Source: Azolla caroliniana (lineage: Eukaryota; Plantae; Polypodiophyta). From it: DNA of 64,000 bases. Below the pieces are notes generated by a model, which made no database searches, was not told the DNA's origin, and worked only from the letters and a program-made list of their open reading frames with translations. The position numbers were made by a program, and so were the translations under genes. Shown here piece after piece: positions 13,926 through 27,100 of the stretch (position 1 is its first letter; each line of letters begins with the position of its first letter). The stretch covers positions 12,338,001 through 12,402,000 of the forward strand of contig JBHGNT010000004.1 of NCBI GenBank assembly GCA_043228905.1, in the 5' to 3' direction.

Positions 13926-13929
13926 TCAT

Positions 13930-15034
13930 TTTGCCGAATCGAGTGATGGACTAGTAGTGATGGATGCATAGAGCCCAACTATAAAGCTCCTAGTCAAAGG
14001 AGAGTAAATACACGACTGAATAATTGATGGTGGCTCTAGACAAAATGTAATCAATGAAGCTACATGCGGCCGACTCTAGATTACTGAATGGCTAAGGATG
14101 GTAGACACCCGCTCCGTAAGCTCCTTAGTCTAATTCGACACCTCGAATTCGTACTCTACGAGCATGCATTTTGATTTCGGCAGTTGTTTTGCGCCAGGAA
14201 GCCCTAGGAGCTTACCGAATTCAGCTTGGATGACCGTGGCTAAGGACAACCAACATTAAGCATAACTAGCAATGAAATATCATAATCTTCCAAAGAGGTA
14301 AGACAAAGATTTGCATCTTGACATCACTCTATGCTGAGGGAGTGCACATGCTCGATGGGTTGGCTGATGACAAAGTTGACCAATACCTAGAAGAAAACCC
14401 GAAGATCATACCATTGTTCGAAATTGATGTCGTCGAAGTAGTCAGCCCGTCGTGGCAAAGGAGACCTTAAGGGAACTAGACCCAAAATCCCCAAGAAGCC
14501 CTTGAGCAAGAGATGGTTATCTCCCAATGAGTGAGGCCTCGACAATGGAAGAAATTGATTTAGGAACAATTGAGGATCCTCGACCGATTAAAATCACCAA
14601 AGAGCTAGTGTCGGTTAAGTGATCGACAATAGTGGATCTGTTAAGAGAATATAAATATGTATTTGCATGGTCATACAGTGACATGTAGGGCCTAGACCCT
14701 CGATATTATCAACACCAGATATATATAAATAAAGATGCCAAACAGGTTTAGCAGAGGTGGTACCACATGAACCCCAACTACGCGGCCAAGGTGAAGGAAG
14801 AAATCAACAAGCTGTTCCGAGTTCGTTTTATTCGGACGGTGAAGCAAGCTACATAGCTCAGTCCATTTGTCATAGTGTCGAAGAAGAAAAACAAAATCCG
14901 GGTCTGCGTCGACTACCGAAAACTCAACGATGCCACAATCACATATGCTTTTCCTCTATCGTTCACCGATGGTGTATTGGACGCCGTGGTAGGCCACCAA
15001 ATCTACAACTTATTGGATGGGTTCAATGGGTATA
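13930..15034 (+). pseudogene. Decayed non-chromoviral Gypsy protease/RT, left part
   Basis: IDGGS protease remnant ~14020, FAWSY, KIRVCVDYRKLNDAT, LDGFNGY; cut by Copia A. Confidence 0.8.
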
Positions 15035-16085
15035 TGTTGAGAGACAAGCTCAACATTCGTGCGTAATATGATGTGTAAACCAGTGCATAGACTGGGTGCG
15101 TAAATTGGTATGCACAACCTGGCTGTATTGGTGCGTAAACCGAAAGGCCGTTAGAGAGATATTCCTCGTAAGGAATAAATTTGGGACTGAGTGTCAAGGC
15201 TCATTTATGAGCAGTCAAGTACTGTCAGTACTTGTGTCAGCCCGATTGTCAGGGCTTGTATATAAGGTGCTCAATGAGCATGAAGTATGTACAGATTAAG
15301 TATTATTTTGAATTGTTTTTCTGTGCTCTCTATCTGTCTCTCGCGCGTATTGTGTATATTCAAGCTCTCCATTAAACGTGCGTATTTTCTGTGTTCGGTT
15401 TTTAACTTGCTTCCGCATGCTATTCTTTTCATGGTATCAGAGTGCGAGGGTTGAGAACCTCTGCAACCAACATAGCTTGAAAGGAAAACCAACCAAGAAG
15501 AACAGGTTAAACCGATGGATAGAGGCATGGCTAGCTCGCTTCCGACGGAGAAGCTCGACAGAAACAACTACGCGTTTTGGTCCTACAAGATGCACCGGTA
15601 CCTGCTCGGGCACAGTTACTACAGCTTTGTCGACGGAGCAAATGACACAGCACCCGAATCGACACACAGAGATTTCCCGGCATGGGAACTGACGGCGAGT
15701 AAAGTACTGTACTACTTCGCGTCTTGTGTGGGTGAACATCTCCTAAGCTACATTCGGGATGCAAAAATGCCAAAGGATGCTTGGGGAAATCTGAAGAAGA
15801 TTTTCGATGCGAGCACCACAGCTAGGAAGCTTCAACTCCGACGGGAGCTGAGCAATTTACGACAACGCGACTTGTCGGTGGCTAATTACACCTCAAAGAT
15901 CAAAGAGATATGCGACTCCTTAGCCTCTATCAATGTGTATGTTGAGGAAGGCGAGGTGGTGCAAATCTATCTCGGGGGACTGGCGTCGAAGTTCGGAGCA
16001 TTCTGAACTGTTGTGTGTACATGGGAGAATATGCCGTCGTTTTTCGACTTACAGTCGATGCTCCTTATAGAGGAGAACCACGTGG

Positions 16086-16228
16086 TGTGGTGAAGTACGA
16101 AAGCTTCACATTAAAAGTCTACAATAAGATAAATACGTAACTAAAATAACATTTGATAATGTTTTATATATAAAGATAATATTAACAACACATATAATAA
16201 TATTATATCTATGTAAAGAAAAAAAATA

Positions 16229-16264
<36 letters not shown>

Positions 16265-19200
16265 TAAATATATTATATTACACGAACAAGAGAGGACTTG
16301 AACCAATAACCCCACCCTATGACTCTCAAATCTTACCATTTACTCTATACTAGTAATATACATAAAATAAAGCATACTTTATATTTACTTTATATTACAT
16401 AAAGGATTTGCTTCATGATATAAAAATAAAGTTGTATGTTGTATTCAATAGTATTTTGAGACTCAAACCCACAACCTCATACACCAAAGTCAACACACCT
16501 ACCATTAGGCTAGGCCCTTTCTCTTTAAGATTATATTTTCATGTTTATTGTTATTGCATATATTGTTTCATAAATAAAAGCTCAAATGAGCGAGATGTTT
16601 ATCATGCATCACATGTAATGCATGAACGTCAAATGGCGAGCATGCATCACATGCACTACATGCATGACTTGTACCCTCCAATGCATCATATGCATGGGGG
16701 CACCTATTTAAATGGTGAAAGAGAAGATCAAAGGGATATGTATAAGATATCAATCAAATTATGTATTACATAAGAGATACCATAAAAATAGAGAAAGAAG
16801 GGAAGAAGTTTAACATAAACGTGGAGCTCTAGCTTAGCGGTCGTGGTGGTCAACTCTCAACAAGAGGGAGGCGGTTCGAGCCTTATCTTCATCAAAATAT
16901 TGAAGTGAAGATTGTAGTGGTCTACGATCAAGAAAGAGAAGAGCAATTACATTGCAAGACAAAGTTCGGAGGTTCAACGATGTGCACAATTATTTTGTAA
17001 CTCTTTCATGAAAATGATTATAAATTTCATACACTTTCTCATATATTATTTTATATCTTATCTTGTCTTATCTTATATTCCTTAAAAATTCTATTTTGTC
17101 ATATCTTATTGATCTCTATTCACTCTATCTCTACTCTTTCGTCTCTTCCATCCATAATCCCTGTGATTCCTTCCTCACTTTCACGTTATCCTTTGTGTGT
17201 GCAACGCTACGCTTCTAGGCGAGCCACATCACGACACAATTTGGTGAACCCGACGTGAAACGGGGAAGTAGAAGAGACATCAAAAGTAAACATCAATATC
17301 AATATGGCAAGTACAAGTACAATGGATCCGGTAAGGTTATTTATTGAAAAATTGAATCAAGATCAATTATTTTATGCCTTACGAGAAGTGCGAGAGAAGA
17401 TTGGTGTGTTTGATGGCACAAATAGCTCAAAGTATGTCAATATATATTATGATGAAATGGAAATGTTTGGTGTGAATGATGTCAATATGATAGCAAACTT
17501 TTATAAATTAGTAGAAATGGAATTAAGAGATAGAATTCGTGAAATACAAGCATTGCATAGTTTGGATTGGAATGCATTCAAAGAAGCACTTGTGTCTGAA
17601 TATTCTCGTGAAGATTTCTCTCGAGTTACTATGCGTTCATTTCATGAATGGATCTTAAAAGAAGATAAAGCCATAAGCACTAAGGTCTGCCTTATTGCTC
17701 TCAAAATTTCTTTCTTCTGGATCTTAAAAAAGAGTTTGATAGGATGTATGGACACTTAAAGCCAGAAGAAAGAAATTCTTTGTCTTGGCAAAAGGTTGCT
17801 TTATTTTTGCAGGCAATTGACAAGAGATATAGAAAAGAATTGGAATTTATGCTTGAAGTACCAAATACCGAGGATGGTATAACTGCAGATTGGAATGAGG
17901 TAACAAATGCTTGTAATAAATTTATGAAAAGAATGCAAAGGAATGGTGTAATGCTTCAAATACCACATGTGGGAATCACAAATCGGCTTGAGCAAAACAT
18001 CGAAGTTCAAAGACTTGGTCGAGAACCATCACACGAAATGGTCCATCAACCACGAGAAATGACGGGAACTAAGAGTGAGTTTTTGCTTGATGATTTAGTT
18101 CAAAGTATGAAAGATCTAACAATTAAAGTGGCAAAGCTTGAGAATGGTCAGACTTTGAGGTCAAGGGAAGCATTTCGACCTCGATGCATGTGGTGTGATA
18201 GTCTCGACCATCGTCTACGTGATTGTGAAGAATATAAAGACATGGAAAATCGGGACTTGGTCTATTGGAAAAATGGTAACATTTACTTAACTGAAACTAG
18301 AACTCCGCTTACAAAGAACTTTGGTGATGGTGGTGTTAAGGTTAAATTTGAAGAAGCTGAAGCAAAGAAGGCTTCCGCAATGTATTACTCGGCAACGGCA
18401 GGAATGCGCCTCGATGACATGCCATCCCGATCATCATTCTGGGAGAAGGTTGTAAGTACTGCACAAAAGCAAAAGATGAAGATGGAAGACCTTCGTGTTG
18501 CCGGAGATTCTGTAAGGAAAAACACTGGATGGGATGTTCCAGTAGATGCTATGACGGTCTATGCTCAGATGGCAGAGCACCAAGAGCATGAGGTGATAGT
18601 GGAAGAAAAAAGGAAAAGGTTGGATGATGAGATTGGGTCAACAAAAAAGCATGAGACAAGAGACAGCAAAAGAAAAGAGATGGACGCAAAGGTCAAAAAA
18701 GGTAAATATGGTCCTTCATTCAAATTAATGTCTGATATTGAAAAGGATACAGATTTAAAGAAAGTTTTAGAAACAAGAATACTAGACAGTCGAGTAGAAT
18801 TTACACTAAGAGAAGTGTTAGGTATTGCAAAAAAGGAATTTCATGATGAAATAATTGATATTGTGCGAAGAAAGAAGCAAGTAAATGAGCAGGTTAAAGA
18901 GACAAATCCGAAGGTGGCATATGAAGTGGTGAGCAACGATTCAAACAATATCGTTGTTGAATCTCAACATGCATCAACCTCAATGATAAATTCAACAGAT
19001 GTAAGAAGCCATTACTCTTGCAAATGTTGGGCAAGAGCCACTACTGAGCATCATGTGAAGATTGGAAATGTTCCAGACCCCGTCCGTGATGGCACTTATT
19101 TATCATGGTTCTGAAATAAATATAATGAGTGCTGATTTTTACAGGAAAGGTAGATGGCCAATTGATACTCAACATGGTTGGCGAGTAAAAGCTGCCACAT

Positions 19201-22200
19201 CAGTCACGGAAGATTTATTTGGTGCATGCCCAAATGTAAAGGTTATTATTGGTGATATAGAGGTAGATCAACATTTCTTTGTGTAGGAAGAATCTACCTA
19301 TCCAATAATCCTGGGGCAACCATACATTACATCGGTACGGATGGAGACCAAAGTCCTCGACAATGGTTCTGCCTATGCGAAAATACATAGCCAAGATGGA
19401 CGACGAACTGTACAATTTATGACAGTTCGCCCAAATCATGAGAGGATCAAGCAAGAGCTTCGTGATCATTCAATACCAAAAGATTGTGATGATTTTGATA
19501 ATCAGGTTTTTGACTAGGACTATTGCGAGTGAGGGTTGCAATAGTCCCATTATTAAAAGACCCTCATATAGGGCATTACAACATATAAATAAGTCATTTC
19601 ATGTTTCTGAAAGTGGTGCTATATGTGTGACTAGGATGTATGAATGCAAGAGGAACTTGAAAAAGAATGCTAATCTGTTTCAGCAGGCATTGAAGGATAA
19701 TGGAGTACTTGAAATGGAAGAGCAGATTGAAAGTGTTATGGAAGAAATTTCTTTTGCAAATACTTTAGAAGAGTTAGAAATGTATTTGAAAGAAGATGAT
19801 GAGAATGTTAGAAAGATACATTTAAACTCAATTGATATGTATTATGAGATTGATAGGTATAATTGTAAATATGAAGAAGTAGAAAGTTTATGTAATACAA
19901 AATACAAAACAATAGATAAAAAGGTCAAACCTGTTGCAGTACCATTACCTATTGGTAGTGAAGAGAAGATGGAGGCAGCAGCAACCGAGCCTATGCTTCG
20001 ACCAATAGAGAAGATCGGACATCACTTCACATCGGAGACAATAAATAACTTGAAAATTGGAAGGGGTGAATTTCTTCTGCAATCAGAGATCGCGACTTTC
20101 AAAGAAATGATCTTTAGGCATGGGAAAGCGTTCGCATTCAAAGCTGAGGAGATTGGTTATGTAAATCCAAAGGTGGTGACGCCAATTGGTAATATTTACT
20201 ATCCCTCATATTCCTTGGAATTTTAAACCTATTGCAATACCGAGAGCTCGATTACCTCAATTGTTGGAGCTGCTGAAGGATAAAGTCAAGATGAAGATTT
20301 TAGAGCCTTCAAATGCACCATACTCCAGTAGATGGTTCACAGTTCCAAAGAAAGATGGTTCTCTAAGATTCATTCAAGATCTACAACCAATCAACAAAGT
20401 CACAATCCAAAATTCGGGAATTGGACCGATCGTTGATGAATTTGCGGAAGCGTTTGCTGGAAGAGCGATTTACTCTATGGGAGACCTATATTCAGCATAC
20501 GACCAATTTCAACTAGCAATTGATAGTCGCAACATCACAACAATGAAAACACCAATTGGGTTGGTTCGAATGTGTACTCTAACTCAAGGTGCGACGAATT
20601 CGGTTGCTCATATGATGAATGCAATGAACAAAGTTCTACATGAATACATCCCAAAGGTAACTATGCCATTTTTAGATGATATTCCTATTAAGGGATGCTT
20701 AGAAAGAGAGAAAGATGAGACTATGGTTGGAAATGGTTGCAGAAAGTTTGTGATGGATCACATTAATGACTGTGAAAGTATTTTAAATAAGCTTGAGCAG
20801 GTACATTTGACACTATCAGGAACAAAGTCTTGCTTTGGGCAAAACGAAGTTCTAATAGTTAGTCATATGTGTGGGTGGTATGGGAGGAAGCCTTCACCGA
20901 TCAAAATTAACGCAATACAAAATATGAAGGAAGTTTGCGACTTGGTAATAGAGGTGAGAAGATTTTTGGGTGCATGTGCGTTTTATCATATTTGGTTACC
21001 ACACCACACTTTGCACATGTCTCAGATCCTCTCTACCAACTTTTAAGAAAAGGAAAGAAGTTTATTTGGACTGATGAACATACACAAGTTGTTCAACAGC
21101 TAAAAGAAGCATTACTGAAAGCACTAGTTCTTCGTCAACTAGACTACAAAGGTGAAAGACCAATTATAGTAACAGTTGATACTAGCCCAATCGGGATCGG
21201 TTGGGTTATCAACCAAGAAGATGAAGAACAACATCAATATGCTATCAGATTTGGAGCAAAGATATTAAATGAAAGACAAAGAAACTATGCACAAGTTAAA
21301 CGAGAATTGTGGGTTTTGGTTACTGCATTAAAAACAGATAGAGATTACTTGATCGGAGCTGCAAATGTAGTGGTTGAAACAGATTATTTTCCACTCATTG
21401 GAATGATAGCAAGTTGCACGACACCAGATATTGCAATGCTTCGGTGGATTGCATACATCAGAACCATGAACCCAGAATTATGGCATATAAAGGGAAAAGA
21501 CAACCCAGTTGCAGATATGCTGTCAAGGGCAAGGTTCATAAATGAAAAGGTGATGCAAACTGAAGATAAGAACTGGGCAACTACAAGCCATCAATTTGCT
21601 CATCCAGAATCTATTACGCCTCATGATGAGTTTAATGTAAGTACAATGTTCAAAGACAAAGAGTATGAAGGTCAATGGTTAGAAATAGGAAATTTTCTAA
21701 AGACTCAAGAAGCCAACCCATCATGGTCGAAGAAACAATTAAATGAATTTCGAAGACGAGCATTCAAGTTTTTTTTACATGAAGGGCATTTATGGAGGCG
21801 TCCAAAAAGGCCAACCGAAAATCCTCTTTGAGTCATTTGTAAGGATGACATTAAGAGAAAATTAATTAATGAATTCCATGATAGTTTGTCGGCAGGACAT
21901 AGAGGCATATGGGCGACATTTATGAAGTTGAAAGAAAAGTATTGGTGGCCACATATGTATAAAGATGTAACGAAATTTGTGGAAACTTGTGAGGTTTGCC
22001 AAAGGTATTCAACTATCTGGTATTGAGATGAGCTAAAACCAACGTATTCATCGTCAATGCATTATAAATGGATGGTCGATCTAGTGACAATGCCACTTGG
22101 GGAAGGTCAAATGCGATATTTAGTACTAGCAAGAGAAGACCTTACAAACCAAGTAGAAGGAAGACCACTACGACAAAAAACAACTAGAGCTGTATGTAAA

Positions 22201-24155
22201 TTTTTGTTAGAAGATGTAATATGTCGTTACGGGTGTGTTGGTAAAATAATTGCAGATAGAGGAGAACTCGACTCTGATGAAGCTAGAGAATTCTTCAGCC
22301 GAATAGGGGTCAAATTATCACGTACAACTACGTATAATCCAGAAGCAAATGGACAGATTGAAAGAGGACATAGCCCAATAGTTAAGGTGATCGTGAAAAG
22401 CTGTAAAGGTAAAATAAGAGATTGGCCACGCATGCTACCTTATGCACTATGGGCGGATCGAACAACTCATAGTTCAGTAACAGGATACATGCCAGCTGAA
22501 TTTATACTTGGCCAAAAGCCCATCATGCCAGTAGAAGAATCAATTCTGTCATGGATATCTATTCCATGGAGAGAAGAGGTGAGCAGAGAAGAATTACTTG
22601 CTTTGCAAATTCAAGAATTAGAGCGTCGACCTGAAGATATAGAAATAGCAGCCCAACGATTGAAGGAGGCTCGACTAAAGAATAAAATTCATTTTGATAA
22701 AACACATAGAATTTGACATAAGAAAATAGAAGAAGGAGATTGGGTGCTCGTGTATGATAGCAGTTTAGATAATCAACATAGCACTGTCCGCAAGTTCGCT
22801 GAAAGATGGTTTGGGCCTTATATAGTAAGAAAAGTATATGATAACTTTACCTATAAGCTTAGTGAATTGGATGGGACACTAATCCTAAACGTGGTAGCTG
22901 GAAAGAGGATAAAAGTATTTAAGAAAATGTTTGAGCTTGAACCTCCTCCAATAGATCAACATGAAGATGAAAGATAGTGGCACATGCCGGAGGATGTGCA
23001 GGTCTAGAGGGGGTGAATGTCGTGAAGTACGAAAGCTTCACATTAAAAGTCTACAATAAGATAAATACGTAACTAAAATAACATTTGATAATGTTTTATA
23101 TATAAAGATAATATTAATAACACATATGATAATATTATATATATATGTAAAGAAAAATAATATATATATATATAGATAAATATATTATATTACACGAACA
23201 AGAGAGGACTTGAACCAATAACCCCACCCTATGACTCTCAAATCTTACCATTTACTCTATACTAGTAATATACATAAAATAAAGCATACTTTATATTTAC
23301 TTTATATTACATAAAGGATTTGCTTCATGATATAAAAATAAAGTTGTATGTTGTATTCAATAGTATTTTAAGACTCAAACCCACAACCTCATACACCAAA
23401 GTCAACACACCTACCATTAGGCTAGGCCCTTTCTCTTTAAGTAAATTTTCATGTTTATTGTTATTGCATATATTGTTTCATACATAAAAGCTCAAATGAG
23501 CGAGATGTTTATCATGCATCACATGTAATGCATGAACGCCAAATGGCGATCATGCATCACATGCATTTCATGCACTACATGCATGACTTGTACCCTCCAA
23601 TGCATCATATGCATGGGGGCACCTATTTAAATGGTGAAAGAGAATATCAAAGGGATATGTATGAGATATCAATCAAATTATGTATTACATAAGAGATACC
23701 ATAAAAATAGAGAAAGAAGGGAAGAAGTTTAACATAAACGTGGAGCTCTAGCTTGGCGGTCGTGGTGGTCAACTCTCAACAAGAGGGAGGTGGTTCGAGA
23801 CTTATCTTCATCAAAATATTGAAGTGAAGATTGTAGTGGTCTACGATCAAGAAAGAGAAGAGCAATTACATTGCAAGACAAAGTTCGGAGGTTCAACGAC
23901 GTGCACAATCATTTTGTAACTCTTTCATGAAAATGATTATAAATTTCATACACTTTCTCATATATTATTTTATATCTTATCTTCTCTTATCTTATATTCC
24001 TTAAAAATCCTATTTTGTCATATCTTATTGATCTCTATTCACTCTATCTCTACTCTTTCGTCTCTTCCATCCATAATCCTTGTGATTCCTTCCTCACTTT
24101 CACGTTATCCTTTGTGTGCGCAACGCTATGCTTCTAGGCGAGCCACGTCACGAGA
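16086..24155 (+). mobile_element. Gypsy B: tRNA-Trp-primed non-chromovirus (Phygy-like), full length with frameshifts and stops
   Basis: LTRs 16086-17236 and 23018-24155 (~20 substitutions, about 2%). 4-bp TSD GTGG/GCGG. PPT AGAGGGGG. Gag with CMWCDSLDH..C, protease ALI(Y)HGSEIN, RT DLYSAYDQ / QGATNS / FLDD, RNase H VDTS, integrase with GPY; no chromodomain. Confidence 0.93.
17242..17259 (+). promoter_or_regulatory. Primer-binding site complementary to the 3' end of tRNA-Trp
   Basis: TGGTGAACCCGACGTGAA is the reverse complement of the plant cytosolic tRNA-Trp 3' end (TTCACGTCGGGTTCA-CCA, recalled). Identical PBS at 56131-56148. Confidence 0.85.
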
Positions 24156-27100
24156 GCGGGTGCGTTGACAAGCACGCATGCCGACAACAAGATGTACACG
24201 GAGGGAGATAGGCGTCGTGGTTGTGGCGGATGAGGCGAGTTAGTGCACAATGGAGGCAACTTACGAGATCAAGGAAGAAGGCACCGAAGTGATGCTGACA
24301 GCAATTCCGAACCTTCCGAAAACGGGGGGAGTCGAGGCGATGAGAACCGGCATGGGAAATCCGTTGCGGAATGTTGGTACTGTGGCAAGAAAGGCCACAG
24401 GGAGAGCGAGTGCTGGAAGAAGCGTGCCGATTCGGAGAGGACCGGACCCAGATCAGGTTCCGGACAGACTAACAAAGGAAACCGGTAGCGATCGCACTAC
24501 TCCGAAGGATCTGAAAAAGGGTCAGTCTTCGTGACGAGACACAAAGCAAACATGATGAAGAAGATCACCCGCACTCGGATGAGGTGTGGTACGTCAACTC
24601 CGGCGCGTCAAACAACATGACGTGCCACAAGGAGTGGTTCTCATACCTGGAAAAACCGATGCAACCGGAGACAACACTCCGCATCCGATCGCAAATGTGG
24701 GTGAAGTTCCCTTGAGCCATGTCGGGCAGAAAGGGAAACTTATGAATGTGTTACACATCTCGACAATCACGAAGAATCTAGTTGCAGATATACGCCGGAG
24801 CAAAACGGCGTGGCCGAAAGGAAAAATCGGTCAATTGTGGAAGTGGCACGAGCAATGCTGGAAGAAAAGAGCTTGCCCAAGCTCTATTGGGCCGAGGCGG
24901 TACGAACTGCGGTATACATCAAGAACCGGATCGGAGAAAAAGTGTCTGCGCATGAGCTATACATCGGAACGAAGCCGAATCTGTGACACTAAAGAGTTTT
25001 GGGTAGCATTGCGTATGTGCATGTACCGAAGGAGAAACAGAGGAAGTTGGATGCGAAAGTCGAGAAGTGTATCTTGGTCGGCTATTCGGATGAGCAGAAG
25101 GGTTATAAGTGTTATAACCCTCGCACCAAACAAGCGCGTGTGAGCCGCGACGTTGTGTTTGACAAGTCCGCATCCTGGTACTTGTCTCCGACTCCGGAAC
25201 TCACCTCTAATCCGAGTTCTGACGATGAGGTCAGCGAGGCCGAGATGCCTCCGGATCGCCTGAAATTGGGACCCGCGAAGAGAGTCTAATTTCGTTTCGG
25301 TGAAGCGGACCGGATGGACAACTGGGTCGGTTTGACCAGTCCGATGACAAGCCGACGAGTAGTGGAGACTCAGCCGTGCATTCCCCGCGCAGGAAGCCGA
25401 GGAGACAGCTTACGCGCAAGGAAAAAGGGGAGAAGAAAGTGTCGGATTACGCCACAGATAGGAACGAGTCTGATCAACGCGAGTCCGACTCTGAGGGAAG
25501 TGATGACAGGTCTTCGAGAGCGAAGTCCGCGTCGGCGAAGAAAGCGTCAACTTCGGCTAATGAGCAATTACGCTGATCTACCCGCTAGAAGAACCATGTT
25601 GTGCGGTTCGGTTACAATGAGTACATGGTGCATCATTATGCGTACATGATGCGTGTAGCGGAAGTGCGTGAACTGGAGAGCTACACAAAAGCGGCGAAGG
25701 ACGCAAATTGGCATGGCGCAATGGAGGAAGGAATGCGCGCGTTGGCGGAGAATGAAACTTGGGACCTGGTTGACGCACCGAAAGGTGTGAAGCCGATCAG
25801 ATGTAGGTGGGTGTACAAGGTGAAGTACCACACCGATGGCTCGGTCAACCAATACAAGGCCCGGTTAGTAGCGAAAGGTTACGCACAGAAACACGACATC
25901 GACTACGATGAGATGTTCGCGCCGGTCGCGAAGATGACGACCGTCCGTGTTTTGCTCGCGGTAGCTGCGGCAAAGGGGTAGCCCTTACATCAGATGGATG
26001 TAAAGAATGCGTTCCTACAAGGTGAACTTGAGGAACAGGTGTACATAGTACAGCCTCCCGGATTTCACTCCGGAATGAATACTTCGGTGGTGTGCCGATT
26101 GAAGAAGTCCCCTTACAGACTAAAGCAAGCCTTGCGTGCTTGGAACGTGAAGATCACGCAACGATTGTGTCGGATGGGCTTTGCGACGTCAAAATCGGAC
26201 TCCTCACTGTTCATCCGGAAAGGTCGACTTGGGCCGGTTAGTATCTTACTTTATGTTGATGACTTTGTCATCACCGGCGCCGTCCTTGGTGAAATTGACC
26301 ATGTAAAGTTCCAGCTCGCGGCATCATTTGACATGAAGGATTTGGGGGACCTTCATTACTTCCTCGGGATCGAAGTGATTCGCACCCCCGAAGGCATACT
26401 GATCAGCCAACGACATTACGTGCTGAGTATGCTCTTCAAATTCGGAATGACCGACTGTAAGTCCGTCTCGACTCCTCTGGATAGAACCGTCAAGCTTCGC
26501 CCCGATTCTGGAAAGGTATGCGACCCAACGAGGTTCCGACAGATAGTCGGAAGCCTTATATACTTGACCATCACCCGACCAAATCTCAGCTACCCAATCG
26601 GGGTGATTAGTTAGTTCATGGCGCGACCGACCGAGGAGCACCTTCAGTGCGCACAACGCGTACTCCAGTACGTCAATGGCACTAAGGACCGGGGGCTACT
26701 ATATCAAACCGATATTGCCACGCAGTTGGTCGGTTACACCGATGTTGATTGGGCCAGAAATGCCGGCGATCGCCAATCCACGTCCGGTTTCGTGTTCTCT
26801 CTTGGGAGTGTCGCGATCGCATGGACTAGCAAGAAGCAGCCGACAGTTGCGTTGTCGAGCAGCGAAGCCGAGTATAGAGGAGCGGTTGTCGTGACATGTG
26901 AAGCCATATGGTTGAAGCAACTACTTAAGGATCTGCAGGTAGAGGTATCCGATCGAACGACAATCTACTACGACAACCTCAGAGCATCCAGCTAGCTAAG
27001 AACCCCGTTTTCCATGCCGGGACTAAGCACATTGAGGTGCACTATCATTTGGTCCATGAGCATGTCCTCTCCGGTGAAGTTGGACTTCAGTATGTTCCGA

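Noticed and set aside
16408-16773. His/Met-rich ORF as a metal-binding protein
   Set aside because: It translates the CATG-rich LTR, and the other LTR has frame-changing indels.
16823-16892. Functional tRNA gene (also the other A/B-box modules)
   Set aside because: Acceptor and anticodon stems do not pair convincingly; reported as tRNA-like promoter modules instead.
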